From an uncultured Candidatus Saccharibacteria bacterium (GTDB lineage Bacteria; Patescibacteriota; Minisyncoccia; UBA6257; 2-01-FULL-56-20): a DNA stretch of 64,000 nt. The translations under genes were made by a program, and so were the position numbers. Below, one piece after another: positions 27,837 to 38,477 of this stretch. The notes below the pieces were generated by a model that was given only the letters and a program-made list of their open reading frames with translations, was not told the DNA's origin and did no database searches. Location of the stretch: NCBI GenBank assembly GCA_964403045.1, contig CAYOEP010000001.1, positions 9,009 through 73,008 on the forward strand, given 5' to 3'. Position 1 is the stretch's first letter. Every line of letters starts with the position of its first letter.

Positions 27837-28622
27837 ATGATGCACTTTCTCGTTCCCATTGCTACTATCTGGCAACGCGAGATTCTCCGGTACACGAGAG
27901 ATAGAATTCGCATTGCAACCACACTCATTCAGCCGTTAATGTTTTTGGCTGTCTTTGGAGTGGGATTGCGGCAAACACTTGCCCAAGGAAATTTTGGCAT
28001 TGACTTTGTGCAGTTTATGTACCCGGGAATCATCGCGATGAGCGTGATGGGGGTTGCCTTTTTCTCCGCTATTTCCACGGTGTGGGACAGGGAATTCGGG
28101 TTTTTGAGAGAAATTCTTGTCGCGCCGGTGGCGCGCACCTCCATTGCCTTGGGGAAGGCGCTGGGCGCGACTACTGTGGCTGCCCTCCAGGCGTTTATTT
28201 TACTACTCCTTGCCCCGATTCTTGGCATCCGTATTGATCCTTTTTCACTCCTCGAGCTCTTTTCTCTTCTACTGTTTTTGGCGTTCGCTATTTCTGGTAT
28301 TGGGCTGTTGGTCGCTTCGCTGATGAAAACAACGGAGAGTTTTGGGCTCCTGATGCAGGTACTGGTATTTCCTATGTTCTTTCTCTCGGGCGCATTCTTC
28401 CCCTTGACTAAAGTTCCCCTGTGGATGCTGGCTATTGCACGCCTCAACCCCCTTACCTACGGCGTGGATGCCCTCAGGCAAATTATTTTACGCCCGCAGG
28501 TTGCGCCTGAAACACTGCGCACCGTGGTGCTGTATCCTGTCGCAGTCAATGCGCTTTTTCTCATTGCTTTTTCTGCGGTGATGGTGAGCGCGGCGGTTGC
28601 CGTGTTTACGAAAAAAAGCTGA
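27837..28622 (+). CDS. ABC-2 type permease (DrrB-like)
   Basis: 'DREFGFLREILVAP', 'PMFFLSGAFFP', 'NPLTYGVDALR'. Confidence 0.92.
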   Translation: MMHFLVPIATIWQREILRYTRDRIRIATTLIQPLMFLAVFGVGLRQTLAQGNFGIDFVQFMYPGIIAMSVMGVAFFSAISTVWDREFGFLREILVAPVARTSIALGKALGATTVAALQAFILLLLAPILGIRIDPFSLLELFSLLLFLAFAISGIGLLVASLMKTTESFGLLMQVLVFPMFFLSGAFFPLTKVPLWMLAIARLNPLTYGVDALRQIILRPQVAPETLRTVVLYPVAVNALFLIAFSAVMVSAAVAVFTKKS

Positions 28623-28627
28623 CTGCA

Positions 28628-30496
28628 TTACCGCACGGCAACAGTTACGGGCTTGATGCGGAAGGGCTTGAGAAGTGCGTAGAACTCGTCCTGTTCAATA
28701 GTTTCCTTTTCGATGAGGGTAGTGGCAATCTTCTTGAGTGCCCGTTTGTGCTTGGTGAGGACTTTCTTGGCGACTTCGTATGCCTTGAGAATAAATTTTT
28801 GCACTTCCTTGTCGATAATTGCTGCAGTATGTTCTGAATAATTTTTCTCAGTTGCAATTTCTCTTCCGAGAAAGAGGAGTTCGTCCGTTTTGCCAAAGGT
28901 AATAGGGCCGAGCGTCTCGCTCATGCCATAGCGGGTTACGAGCTTCCGCGCAAGCTCTGATGCCTCTCGCAAGTCATTGGAGGCGCCGGTACTCACATCT
29001 CCAAAAGTGATTTTCTCTGCGGCATAGCCGCCCAGCATCACGGCAAGCTCGCTGAGAAACTGCGCGCGGGTGCGCAGACGCCGTTCTTCGGAGGGAAGCT
29101 TGAGTGTGTAGCCGCCTGCCATGCCGCGGCTGATGATGGTGACTTTCCTGACAGGATCAGAATCTTTGAGCGAGGCGGCGACGAGCGCGTGCCCCCCTTC
29201 GTGGTAGGCGGTGATTTCTTTTTCTCTTGGCGAGATGACGCGACTGCGCCGCTCAGGGCCGAGAAGCACTTTGTCAATGGACTCCAGAATATCTTCTTGG
29301 GAAATATATTTTTTGTTCCGCCGCGCGGCAAGAATTGCTGCTTCATTCATAAGATTGGCAAGGTCTGCGCCGGAGAATCCAGGCGTGCGGATAGCAATTT
29401 GCTTGAGATCAACGCTCGGTCCAAGGGTTTTGCCGCGGCTATGGATGACAAGGATTGCCTCGCGCTCTTTGATGTCGGGAAGGTCGAGTACTACTCTTCG
29501 GTCGAAGCGGCCGGGGCGGAGGAGTGCAGGATCGAGTACGTCGGGGCGGTTGGTAGCGGCGAGCACGATGACTCGGGTATCGCGGTCAAATCCGTCAAGC
29601 TCCACGAGTATTTGGTTGAGGGTTTGCTCACGCTCGTCGTTGCCGCCGCCGAGCCCTGCACCTCGCTGTCGCCCCACAGCGTCGATTTCGTCGATAAAAA
29701 GAATAGCGGGCGCCGCGCGCTTTGCAGTTGCAAAGGCATCACGAATGCGCGCCGCGCCAACCCCGACGAACATTTCCACAAACTCTGAAGCAGAGGTATG
29801 GAAGAACGGCACATTGCTTTCTCCCGCGACTGCCCGGGCGAGGAGCGTTTTGCCTGTTCCCGGAGGGCCGACGAGGAGCACGCCGCGGGGAATCTTTGCT
29901 CCCATCTCGAGGAATTTTTTGGGATTTTTCAGAAATTCTACTATCTCTTGGAGCTCCTCTTTGGCTTCTTTGAGGCCTGCGACATCCTTAAAGCTCACTT
30001 TTTCTTTTGAGGGCGAGGAGAGGCGAATGCGCGAGCGCCCGAAGGTGAATGCTTGGTTTACCCCTGTCTTTGCTTGACGAAACATAAACCAAAAGATGCC
30101 GAGGATGATAAGGAGCGGGAAAATGGTGGGGATGAGGATGCTCGCCCAGAACCGAAAGCCTGTCTGGTCTTCTACTGCAATTTCGACGTCCTGTATTGTT
30201 TCGGGGAGTACACCGAGATTCACGAGGGTTTCCGTAAGTCCTGTCTCGAGCTCTTTTTTGGAAATGAGTTGATCACCGCCCTTCAGGGTAATAAGGAGAG
30301 TTTCTCCTTTGATCACAATAGACTCTACTTTCCCCGCGTTAATTTCTTTGGCGAGGCGATTCAGTGAGATTTGTTCTGGTTTGCCGGCTTCCACGAAAAG
30401 CGAGAGGAGCATGGAGAAGAGAATTAAAAAAAGAATTGCTCCTAGGAGGCTCTGCATCACGCTGTTGCGGGGGCGCTTTCGAAAGATATGCTTCAT
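28628..30496 (-). CDS. ftsH: ATP-dependent zinc metalloprotease FtsH
   Basis: 2 TMs, [11 protein letters not shown] '[12 protein letters not shown]', HEGGH. Confidence 0.96.
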   Translation of the reverse strand: MKHIFRKRPRNSVMQSLLGAILFLILFSMLLSLFVEAGKPEQISLNRLAKEINAGKVESIVIKGETLLITLKGGDQLISKKELETGLTETLVNLGVLPETIQDVEIAVEDQTGFRFWASILIPTIFPLLIILGIFWFMFRQAKTGVNQAFTFGRSRIRLSSPSKEKVSFKDVAGLKEAKEELQEIVEFLKNPKKFLEMGAKIPRGVLLVGPPGTGKTLLARAVAGESNVPFFHTSASEFVEMFVGVGAARIRDAFATAKRAAPAILFIDEIDAVGRQRGAGLGGGNDEREQTLNQILVELDGFDRDTRVIVLAATNRPDVLDPALLRPGRFDRRVVLDLPDIKEREAILVIHSRGKTLGPSVDLKQIAIRTPGFSGADLANLMNEAAILAARRNKKYISQEDILESIDKVLLGPERRSRVISPREKEITAYHEGGHALVAASLKDSDPVRKVTIISRGMAGGYTLKLPSEERRLRTRAQFLSELAVMLGGYAAEKITFGDVSTGASNDLREASELARKLVTRYGMSETLGPITFGKTDELLFLGREIATEKNYSEHTAAIIDKEVQKFILKAYEVAKKVLTKHKRALKKIATTLIEKETIEQDEFYALLKPFRIKPVTVAVR

Positions 30497-30592
30497 ACCG
30501 ATTTATTGTAGGCGAGAAAGAGAAGATGGTCAAAGCATTGGTGCGACGGCAAGCTTGCAAAAAGAGGAAAATTCGGTAAGGTGAGGAGGAAT

Positions 30593-30668
30593 GGTGCCCG
30601 TAGCTCAATTGGCAGAGCACCAGATTGTGGCTCTGGTGGTTGCCGGTTCAAGTCCGGTCGGGCACCCA
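30593..30668 (+). tRNA. tRNA-His(GTG)
   Basis: G-1 plus GTGCCCG/CGGGCAC stem, anticodon loop TTGTGGC. Confidence 0.93.
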
Positions 30669-30728
30669 GGCGGTGCGCTTTGGGGAATATGGGAATATTG
30701 ATGCGTTTATGGTAATGTGAAGGGGAGT

Positions 30729-31559
30729 ATGAGAAAGAAAAGAGCTGGATTTCTCAATGTAATAGCAGGAGTAGTGGTGGCGATCGTTGCCCTCGGGATG
30801 GTTGGTGTCTATGTTGCGAGGAATGTTGCGTTCCAAAGCAAAAGCGCAAGTAGCCAACCTGCTTCTCGCTTGGGCGCGGGCACGAATGAGCATTCTGGAG
30901 TCAACAAGCTTCCCCTCCAGGGGAGCAGCAAGAAAGAGCCACCAGCACTGGCAATCAAAATACTTTCTCCTCGTGAAGGAGAAAAGTGGCGCGCGGGCAG
31001 CGCCCACACAATTCGGTGGATGGCGCCCTCGGAAAAAGTGCGCGCGGTCAATATTTCCGTGGAGTTTACAGTTCTTTGTCCCGAAGTCGCCTCATCGGAC
31101 TGCAAGACGGAGAGAAAATCTCTAGAGATTGCGCGCGGTGTACCAAATAGCGGTTTCTACGACTGGAAAGTGCGTCAGGTAGGTGCGTTTCCGAAGATTC
31201 ATATTGAAGGCTTGTCGGAAGCAGGCGAAATGCTCGCCCGCGCGACGAGTGGTGAGTTTAAGATTCTCTCGCCCCCGCAAACGGTAGTAGTGGAGATAGG
31301 TAGCACGGATGTGGTTCCGGCTACAGCGTATCTTCGCGAGGGAGATGCGGTGCAGTTTTTCAATAATGGAAAAAGGGTAGTGCACCTTACCTTCCAAGCG
31401 CGCACCGAAAGCCCGATCCCTCCAGGGCTGGAGCAGCCGATAGCTATCCCTCCTCATGAGTCGTATATCGCTACATTCCCGGTGGCAGGGGAATGGAAAT
31501 TTTGGGACCCTGCGGATGCAAATATTCAGGGAATGATTGTCGCTCGCAAGGAAGGGTAG
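30729..31559 (+). CDS. Exported protein: Ig-like domain plus cupredoxin-like domain
   Basis: N-terminal TM; 'ILSPREGEKW..G..H.I.W...NSG.Y.W.V'; C-terminal 'GD.V.F.N...F...G.W.F.D...G.I.'. Confidence 0.65.
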   Translation: MRKKRAGFLNVIAGVVVAIVALGMVGVYVARNVAFQSKSASSQPASRLGAGTNEHSGVNKLPLQGSSKKEPPALAIKILSPREGEKWRAGSAHTIRWMAPSEKVRAVNISVEFTVLCPEVASSDCKTERKSLEIARGVPNSGFYDWKVRQVGAFPKIHIEGLSEAGEMLARATSGEFKILSPPQTVVVEIGSTDVVPATAYLREGDAVQFFNNGKRVVHLTFQARTESPIPPGLEQPIAIPPHESYIATFPVAGEWKFWDPADANIQGMIVARKEG

Positions 31560-31661
31560 GCGCGTAGCCCGGCTTTTGTGGCAGTGGCGAGCGGGGTGCT
31601 CGCGTGCGGTTTTTCTGGAGAGTGGACAGAGGAGAAGAGAGTGTGCTACAATAGGCGCGCT

Positions 31662-32426
31662 ATGGAACAACATTCATCACCGTCCGCAGCAAGCGTATAC
31701 GCGCTTCCCGCCGCGATTGTGCTTGCGGGCGCACTTATTGCGGGAGCAGTGCTCTACACAGGGGCACATTCTTCATCTCCTGCCCTGACAGGAAATGTCG
31801 CCGCAGTCGCGGGGACTGCAGGAAAAACGGCAGGGCAAAGAGGCGCCCCCCAGCCTTCCCCATCTCCAGCGCTAGACGGCTTGCGGAAGGTTACGAAGGC
31901 GGACCATATACGAGGCAGTGTCAGCGCGCCGGTAAAAGTTGTTGAATTCTCTGATATGGATTGTCCTTTCTGCGCCCGGTTTCATCCCACGATGCAGCGT
32001 ATTATGCAGGAGTACAAGGGGAAGGTTGCATGGGTTTATCGCCACTACCCACTTGATAGCCTGCACCCTGGTGCCCGCCCCGCGGCAGAAGCAGCAGAAT
32101 GTGTGGCGGAGCAGAAGGGCAATGACGGTTTTTGGCAGTATGCGGACAAGTACTTTGCAGCACGGTCTTCCGGCCAGCAGCCTGACCTAGATAAGCTTGC
32201 TATGGAAGTTGGCGTCAATATGGATCAGTTCTCGAAGTGCCGCAGTTCACGGAAATATGCAAAGCGGGTACAGGAGGACGCGGACGATGCGACGGCGTCG
32301 GGCGCGCGGGGAACGCCCTACAGCGTGGTGATTGCGCCGAACGGGCAGAAGTTTTCGTTGAACGGCGCGCAGCCCTATGAAGCAGTACGCCGGATGATTG
32401 ACGCAGCACTCAAGCTTACGAAGTAA
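31662..32426 (+). CDS. dsbA: DsbA-family thioredoxin-fold oxidoreductase
   Basis: 'DH.RG...APV.VVEFSD.DCPFC', 'RHYPL', 'GTP'. Confidence 0.9.
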   Translation: MEQHSSPSAASVYALPAAIVLAGALIAGAVLYTGAHSSSPALTGNVAAVAGTAGKTAGQRGAPQPSPSPALDGLRKVTKADHIRGSVSAPVKVVEFSDMDCPFCARFHPTMQRIMQEYKGKVAWVYRHYPLDSLHPGARPAAEAAECVAEQKGNDGFWQYADKYFAARSSGQQPDLDKLAMEVGVNMDQFSKCRSSRKYAKRVQEDADDATASGARGTPYSVVIAPNGQKFSLNGAQPYEAVRRMIDAALKLTK

Positions 32427-32992
32427 TGAGAAAAAGAATTTCCGCATTGCGGAAAATATTGCGAACACCCCGTTACGCGGTAGCGGCGGGAGGGCTTGCC
32501 GCGGCGCTGTTTATTTTTCTCGCGTTAATGAAAAACTTTCGCGTGCTAGGGGAAACAGCGTCTTCGCCCGCATTTTCATTTTCTGAGTGGCTTGGACTTG
32601 TGTGGGATTTGCTGCGGGGAGGAGTAATGAATTTGGGGTGGTTTGGATTGTTGCTGTCAGGAACGATGTCGATGCTGTTCGGGATCAATATCGCAGTGCT
32701 GTGGTATGTGCGCGCGGCGAACAAGAAACTTCGGGCGAAAGGAAGCACCGCGGCACTGGGCGGCACGATTGCGGGAATTTTGGGAGTGGGATGCGCATCT
32801 TGTGGGTCCATTCTTCTTACTTCAATCCTTGCTTCATTCGGCGCGACGGGGCTGATTGCCCTGTTTCCGTTGCGGGGGCAGGAATTTGCCATTGCGAGCA
32901 TCGTCCTTCTGCTGATTTCGCTCTCCGGGCTCCTGAAAAGCGCTGCGCTCCCGCCGGGAGTATGTGCGGTTCCCTCGCGGAAATCGGTATAG
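32426..32992 (+). CDS. 4-TM membrane protein with CxxC (GCASCG)
   Basis: Start overlaps the dsbA stop (TAATG). Confidence 0.75.
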   Translation: MRKRISALRKILRTPRYAVAAGGLAAALFIFLALMKNFRVLGETASSPAFSFSEWLGLVWDLLRGGVMNLGWFGLLLSGTMSMLFGINIAVLWYVRAANKKLRAKGSTAALGGTIAGILGVGCASCGSILLTSILASFGATGLIALFPLRGQEFAIASIVLLLISLSGLLKSAALPPGVCAVPSRKSV

Positions 32993-33019
32993 CGCTGGAT
33001 TTGTGCTATTCTAGAAGGA

Positions 33020-34672
33020 GTGGATATTGCGCAAGAAATTCGCGGCATTGTTCGCGGCGAGGTTACCTCGCGAGAAGAAGATTTGCAGCATTACAGCAGG
33101 GACGCGAGCTTATTTCGGGTCACTCCTTCGCTGGTGGTCTTCCCTCGTGATGCTGCAGACATTAAGGCGCTGGTGCACTTCGTGGCAGCCCACAAGCGGC
33201 GAATGCCTTCGTTATCGCTGACCGCCCGCGCCGCAGGCACAGATATGACCGGCGGCCCCTTGTCAGATTCTATCGTGGTGGATACTACAAAGTACTTGCA
33301 CCACTTGAAAGAATTGAATGCGGAGAAGAAGTATGTGGTGGTTGAGCCGGGCCTTCCCTACCGCGAGATGGAGCGGGAAACTTTAAAGCATCATCTTATT
33401 TTCCCCTCTTACCCTGCCTCGAAAAACCTTTGCGCGCTTGGCGGAATCGTGAACAACAATTCCGGCGGCGAGCGCTCCCTTGTGTACGGCAAGACTGAGG
33501 ATTATGTAGAGTCGGTCAATATGGTGCTCGCGGACGGGAACGAATACCAGTTTGCCAAATTGTCCCGCAGGGAGTTGGAGAAAAAAATGCGGCAGCAAAA
33601 TTTTGAGGGGAAAGTATATCGTGAGATGTTCCAGCTTGTGGAGGAACACTATGAAGAAGTAAAACGCGCCCGTCCCAATGTTTCCAAAAATTCTACCGGC
33701 TACAATATTTGGTCAGTATGGGACGGGGAGCATTTTGACCTCAGTAAAATTTTTGTGGGAGCGCAGGGAACGCTCGGCATTATGACGGAAGCGCGACTTC
33801 GGCTCGTTCCCACAAGGCCCTATCGTGGAATGCTAGTGGTATTCCTGAACGACTTCCGCAATGTGGGCGAGGTGGTGACGGCAGTGCTGCCGCACAAGCC
33901 CGCCGCGTTCGAATCATTCGACGATCATACCCTGCGCCTCGCACTCAAGTTTCTGCCGGAATTTATGCAGCTCCTCAAGCCAAAGAACCTTTTCGCGCTC
34001 GCGCTCCAGTTCCTCCCGGAATTTCTCATCATCCTCCGCCATTTGAAGATGCCGAAGCTCGTGCTCCTCATTGAGTTTGAAGGGAAAAGCCACCATGAGG
34101 TGATGGAGCGCATTGAGGACACGAAGAAGTCGCTGGAAAAGTTTCCCGCAACGGTGCGGGTGGCGGCGAACAGGAAAGAATCGGAGAAGTATTGGGCAAT
34201 TCGGAGGGAGAGCTTCAATCTCCTCCGCCGCAAGGTGCGAGGGAAGCATGCGGCTCCATTTGTGGACGACATTATCGTGCGCCCCGAATTTCTCCCCGAA
34301 TTTCTCCCCAGGCTTTATGCGATTCTCGACCGCTATCAGCTGCTCTACACCATCGCAGGGCACGTGGGGAACGGCAATTTCCACATCATCCCCCTTATGG
34401 ATTTGAGGCAAAAATCGGAGCGGGAAAAAATCCCCCGAGTGTCGAAGGAAGTTTACAAATTAGTACTCCACTATGGCGGGTCGCTTTCCGCAGAGCACAA
34501 CGATGGGCTTATTAGAGGACCCTATCTGCAGCAGATGTACGGCCGTAAGGTTTTTGATATGTTCGTGCGGGTGAAAAAGATTTTTGATCCGCAAGGGATT
34601 TTTAATCCCAGAAAGAAAACGGGAGCAAGCCTGCGATACGCAATGGCGCACATTCGCAAGGACGAGCCCTAA
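33020..34672 (+). CDS. FAD-binding oxidoreductase (GlcD/D-lactate dehydrogenase-like)
   Basis: 'YS.DAS', 'R.AGT...GG', 'G.QGTLGI', 'GH.GNGN.H', 'EHNDG..R', 'FDP..IFNP'. Confidence 0.88.
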   Translation: MDIAQEIRGIVRGEVTSREEDLQHYSRDASLFRVTPSLVVFPRDAADIKALVHFVAAHKRRMPSLSLTARAAGTDMTGGPLSDSIVVDTTKYLHHLKELNAEKKYVVVEPGLPYREMERETLKHHLIFPSYPASKNLCALGGIVNNNSGGERSLVYGKTEDYVESVNMVLADGNEYQFAKLSRRELEKKMRQQNFEGKVYREMFQLVEEHYEEVKRARPNVSKNSTGYNIWSVWDGEHFDLSKIFVGAQGTLGIMTEARLRLVPTRPYRGMLVVFLNDFRNVGEVVTAVLPHKPAAFESFDDHTLRLALKFLPEFMQLLKPKNLFALALQFLPEFLIILRHLKMPKLVLLIEFEGKSHHEVMERIEDTKKSLEKFPATVRVAANRKESEKYWAIRRESFNLLRRKVRGKHAAPFVDDIIVRPEFLPEFLPRLYAILDRYQLLYTIAGHVGNGNFHIIPLMDLRQKSEREKIPRVSKEVYKLVLHYGGSLSAEHNDGLIRGPYLQQMYGRKVFDMFVRVKKIFDPQGIFNPRKKTGASLRYAMAHIRKDEP

Positions 34673-34714
34673 CATTGCGGGCACGCCAGGCGTCGCGTAT
34701 AATAAAACTATTCT

Positions 34715-35398
34715 ATGCTGCTCTCCCGCGACGCAATTTTACGGCATATGCAGGAAGGGAACATCATTATTGATCCCTTCGACGAACGCAAGCTTAACAC
34801 GGCAAGCTATGATGTGACGCTGGGTCCGTGGTATTGGCGCGAGAAGCATCCCACCGGCAGGGCGGCAGTGCATAATCTTTACGATGAACGCTCGACCAAG
34901 CTGGTCTGGGAGGGGCCCTTTGAGGCGGAACCGGTCGAGGAGGTAGAGAAAAAGATTGAGCAAGAGCTCAAGAATGTTCCCCGCAATGCGCGCATTATCC
35001 TTCTTGGACCCGGCGAGACAATTCTCGCTCATACCGAGGAGTACATCGGCGGGCGCAACTGCTGTGTGGGGAAAATGTACGCCCGCTCTTCGTTGGGAAG
35101 GAATTTTGTGGAAGTGTGCAAGGATGCGGGATGGGGCGATGTGGGGTATTTCAATCGCTGGACGATGGAGGTGACCAACAATTCACAGCATTTCTATATT
35201 CCGCTTGTAGTCGGGCGGAGGATTGCCCAGATGGTATTCTACGAGGTGGAGCCTATCACCCAGCGCGAAGGGGATTATGTGAAGGAAGGAGGGAAATATC
35301 AGGTTGCAAGCGAGCTTGAGGAATTGAAACGCACTTGGAATCCCCATATGATGGTGCCGCAAATGCACCGCGATTGGGAAATAGAGGCGGGAAAATAG
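34715..35398 (+). CDS. dcd: dCTP deaminase
   Basis: 'ASYDVTLG', 'ARSS.GR', 'AGWGDVGY...WTMEV.N', 'RIAQ.VF', 'GKYQ'. Confidence 0.85.
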   Translation: MLLSRDAILRHMQEGNIIIDPFDERKLNTASYDVTLGPWYWREKHPTGRAAVHNLYDERSTKLVWEGPFEAEPVEEVEKKIEQELKNVPRNARIILLGPGETILAHTEEYIGGRNCCVGKMYARSSLGRNFVEVCKDAGWGDVGYFNRWTMEVTNNSQHFYIPLVVGRRIAQMVFYEVEPITQREGDYVKEGGKYQVASELEELKRTWNPHMMVPQMHRDWEIEAGK

Positions 35399-35425
35399 GA
35401 TCAACTTTTGTGTAGAAAGGGCAGC

Positions 35426-36649
35426 ATGCATGACGCGCACATAGCAAGGCTGGTGCGGGCAGAAGCAAGGCGCCAGCGGGAAACACTCAACCTTATTGCT
35501 TCCGAGAATTTTGTCTCTCGGGATGTACTTGCCGCCTTGGGTTCGCCGTTCACCAACAAGTACGCGGAGGGATATCCAGGCGCCCGTTACTACGGCGGCA
35601 ACTGCTACGCGGATGAGCTGGAACGTTTGTGCCAGCGTCGCGCCCTGCGGCTTTTCGGGCTGCGGGAAGAGGAGTGGGGTGTGAACGTCCAGCCGTATTC
35701 CGGATCGCCCGCCAACCTTGCGGTTTATCTGGCACTCGTGCCGCGTGGCGGAAAAATTATGGGAATGCGCCTTGATATGGGAGGCCACCTCACCCACGGC
35801 CATCATGTGAGTGCAACAGGGAAATTTTGGACACCGGTGCACTATGGCGTGAAAAAGGGAACAGAGCGTTTGTGCTACAAGACAATCGCCCGTCTCGCGG
35901 CAGAGGAGAAGCCCAAACTTATTGTGACAGGCTACACCGCCTATCCCCGCAGGATAAATTTCCAAAAGTTCCGCGCTATTGCCGATTCTGTGGGGGCGTT
36001 GCTTTTGGTGGATATGTCCCACATTGCGGGACTGGTGGCGGCGGGAGTGCATCCTTCTCCGTTCCCGTTTGCAGATGTGGTGACCACCACAACGCACAAG
36101 ACGCTTCGCGGCCCGCGCGCCGCGCTGATTTTCGCAAAAAAGGAACTATTGCCCAAGATAAACAAAGCGGTGTTTCCGGGGCTGCAAGGAGGCCCGCATC
36201 TCAACCAGATTGCGGCGGTTGCGGTAGCGCTCCACGAGGCAGGGCAAGCTTCTTTCCGCGCGTACGGGAGACGTGTGGTGCGCAACGCCGCCGCACTCGC
36301 TGCGGCGTTGCAGAAAGAAGGATGGCGCATCGTGACAGGGGGAACTGATACCCATCTCTTGCTTGTCGATGTGGCGGCGCGAGGCATTTCGGGCAAGACA
36401 GCAGAGACGCGCCTTGAGCGTTGCGGAATTGTCGCGAACAAGAACACAATTCCCTATGACTCTCGTGCTCCTGCAGATCCATCGGGCATTCGGCTGGGTA
36501 CAGCATCCCTTACAACTCGGGGAATGGGCGTGCGGGAGATGCGCACTATCGCTATTCTTATCTCGCGTGCGCTGCGGGGCGATCGGGGCATTGCGCAAGA
36601 GGTACGCAAGCTCTGCCGCGCATTTCCCATTCCCGCGCATTTTCGCTAG
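35426..36649 (+). CDS. glyA: Serine hydroxymethyltransferase
   Basis: 'LIASEN', 'NKYAEGYPG.RYYGG', 'GGHLTHG', 'TTTHKTLRGPR'. Confidence 0.96.
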   Translation: MHDAHIARLVRAEARRQRETLNLIASENFVSRDVLAALGSPFTNKYAEGYPGARYYGGNCYADELERLCQRRALRLFGLREEEWGVNVQPYSGSPANLAVYLALVPRGGKIMGMRLDMGGHLTHGHHVSATGKFWTPVHYGVKKGTERLCYKTIARLAAEEKPKLIVTGYTAYPRRINFQKFRAIADSVGALLLVDMSHIAGLVAAGVHPSPFPFADVVTTTTHKTLRGPRAALIFAKKELLPKINKAVFPGLQGGPHLNQIAAVAVALHEAGQASFRAYGRRVVRNAAALAAALQKEGWRIVTGGTDTHLLLVDVAARGISGKTAETRLERCGIVANKNTIPYDSRAPADPSGIRLGTASLTTRGMGVREMRTIAILISRALRGDRGIAQEVRKLCRAFPIPAHFR

Positions 36650-36660
36650 GATAGAGATTG

Positions 36661-37494
36661 ATGCGAAAGATAGACGGCAAGAAAATCGCGGAGCGCATTC
36701 TGGAAAAGCTTGCGGCAACACCGCCACCGCAAAAAAAATTCCTTGGCGCCGCGCTGGTAGGAAATAATCCTGCCTCCGAGGCGTTCCTGAAGAAAAAACA
36801 AGAGGCGGCGAAGGCGGTGGGCGTGGAGTTTCGCCTCTATCAGTTTCCTGAGGAAATTTCTGGAGACGTATTGCGCAGGAAGGTACGCGAGATTGCACTC
36901 CATACAACCTGTGGGGGGTTCTTGCTACAACTCCCCCTCCCACCGCACATCAATCCCCATTATGTGGCGAACGTTATTCCGAGAGAGAAAGACGTGGATG
37001 TGCTGGGTGAGCGTGCGAGGGGGGCGTTTTATAACGGGAGAAATTCTGTATGCCCTCCTGCCGTAGGAGTGGTAGAGGAGGTACTGAGAGAGGTAGATTG
37101 GCGGCTTGAGGAAAAGCTGCTTGCGGTGGTGGGGCTTGGATTTTTGGTGGGGCGCCCCATCGCGGTATGGGCGATGCGCCGCGCGCGGAACACCCTCCTT
37201 TTTCATAAAGACAGCGACTTCGCCCTCGTTGCCGAGGCGGATTTGGTAGTCACGGGAGTGGGAAAATCAGGAGTGGTACGCCCTGAAATGCTCAGGGAAG
37301 GGGCTGGGGTAATTGATTTTGGCTATGACCAAGGGCGGGGAGATCTCGCGCCGGAATGTTTGTCGACAAACATTGCGTTCTACACCCCTACACCCGGCGG
37401 CACGGGACCGATACTGGTAGCAAAACTGATAGAAAACTTTGTTCTTCTCAACGCGCCTGCGCCCCGCCCAGCGGCGCAAACTCGTGAGAGATAG
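36661..37494 (+). CDS. folD: Methylene-THF dehydrogenase/cyclohydrolase (divergent)
   Basis: 'IDGK.IA', 'LLQLPLP', 'KDVD', 'VGRP', 'TP.PGGTGP'. Confidence 0.9.
   Translation: MRKIDGKKIAERILEKLAATPPPQKKFLGAALVGNNPASEAFLKKKQEAAKAVGVEFRLYQFPEEISGDVLRRKVREIALHTTCGGFLLQLPLPPHINPHYVANVIPREKDVDVLGERARGAFYNGRNSVCPPAVGVVEEVLREVDWRLEEKLLAVVGLGFLVGRPIAVWAMRRARNTLLFHKDSDFALVAEADLVVTGVGKSGVVRPEMLREGAGVIDFGYDQGRGDLAPECLSTNIAFYTPTPGGTGPILVAKLIENFVLLNAPAPRPAAQTRER
37355..37374. repeat. Dispersed perfect copy of the parS-like palindrome inside folD
   Basis: AATGTTTGTCGACAAACATT, identical to 16131-16150. Confidence 0.85.
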
Positions 37495-37499
37495 AAAAG

Positions 37500-37574
37500 G
37501 GTGCGCGCGCCTGGATTCAAACCAGGGACCTTCCGGGTGTAAACCGGACGCTCTTATCACTGAGCTACGCGCGC
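37500..37574 (-). tRNA. tRNA-Val(TAC)
   Basis: GCGCGCG acceptor stem, anticodon loop TTTACAC; T-loop reads TTTGAAT. Confidence 0.88.
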
Positions 37575-37690
37575 CTCTCGTAGCTATATATCATTGTGGG
37601 AAAAGAAATGCAAGCAACAGCAAGAATGCTACAATAGAGGAGATGGAATAGGAGGAAAAAGGTCGATATTGTTTTTCTTCACAATATTGT

Positions 37691-38431
37691 ATGTGGGGTT
37701 ATCTTATTGCCATCCCTCTGGTGTTCATAGTTTCTGGGTTGAAGATCGTCAACCAATATGAGCGGGGAGTGGTGCTCACGTTAGGGAAGTACACTTCCAC
37801 GCGGCAGCCGGGGCTCACGTGGATTTTCCCCGCAATCCAGAGGATGCTCAAGGTGGATATGCGGATTAAAGTTATCGATGTGCCGGATCAGGATTGCATG
37901 ACGCAGGATAATGTGTCGGTCAACGTGAATGCGGTTATTTACTACCGTATTGCCTCGGCAGAGAAAGCAGTTCTCGAGGTAGAAAAGTACAAATACGCGG
38001 TTTCTCAACTTGCGCAGACTACAATGCGGGACATAGTTGGAGAGGTTACTCTCGACGATCTTCTTTCGAAGCGTGATGAGATCTCTGCGAAGATTCAGTC
38101 TATTGTTGACAAGGTATCTGATCAATGGGGCGTGAAAGTGCAGTCGGTGGATTTGAAGCATGTGGAATTACCGCGAGAGCTAAAGAGGGTAATGGGAAAG
38201 CAGGCAGAGGCAGAGCGAGAACGCCGTGCGGTGATTTTGAAATCAGAAGGAGAGGTGAAGGCAGCAGCGAATTTGGTAGAAGCTGCGAAGATGCTGGGGA
38301 GTACCCCTGGGGCGCTCCACTTGCGCACACTGCACACCCTCAACGACTTGAGCTCCGATCAGTCAAATACTGTTATCTTTGCAGTGCCACTGGAGGTGCT
38401 TCGGGCATTTGAGAGGGTTGAGAAGAAGTAA
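37691..38431 (+). CDS. SPFH/stomatin (slipin) family protein
   Basis: 'QYERGVV..LGK', 'T.DNV.V.V.AV.Y', 'AQTT.R', 'QAEAERERRA', 'LRTL.TL'. Confidence 0.92.
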   Translation: MWGYLIAIPLVFIVSGLKIVNQYERGVVLTLGKYTSTRQPGLTWIFPAIQRMLKVDMRIKVIDVPDQDCMTQDNVSVNVNAVIYYRIASAEKAVLEVEKYKYAVSQLAQTTMRDIVGEVTLDDLLSKRDEISAKIQSIVDKVSDQWGVKVQSVDLKHVELPRELKRVMGKQAEAERERRAVILKSEGEVKAAANLVEAAKMLGSTPGALHLRTLHTLNDLSSDQSNTVIFAVPLEVLRAFERVEKK

Positions 38432-38477
38432 AAAGCAAAGAGGGACAGCGGGAATTTGTCATGCTGCAGTTGCAAAA

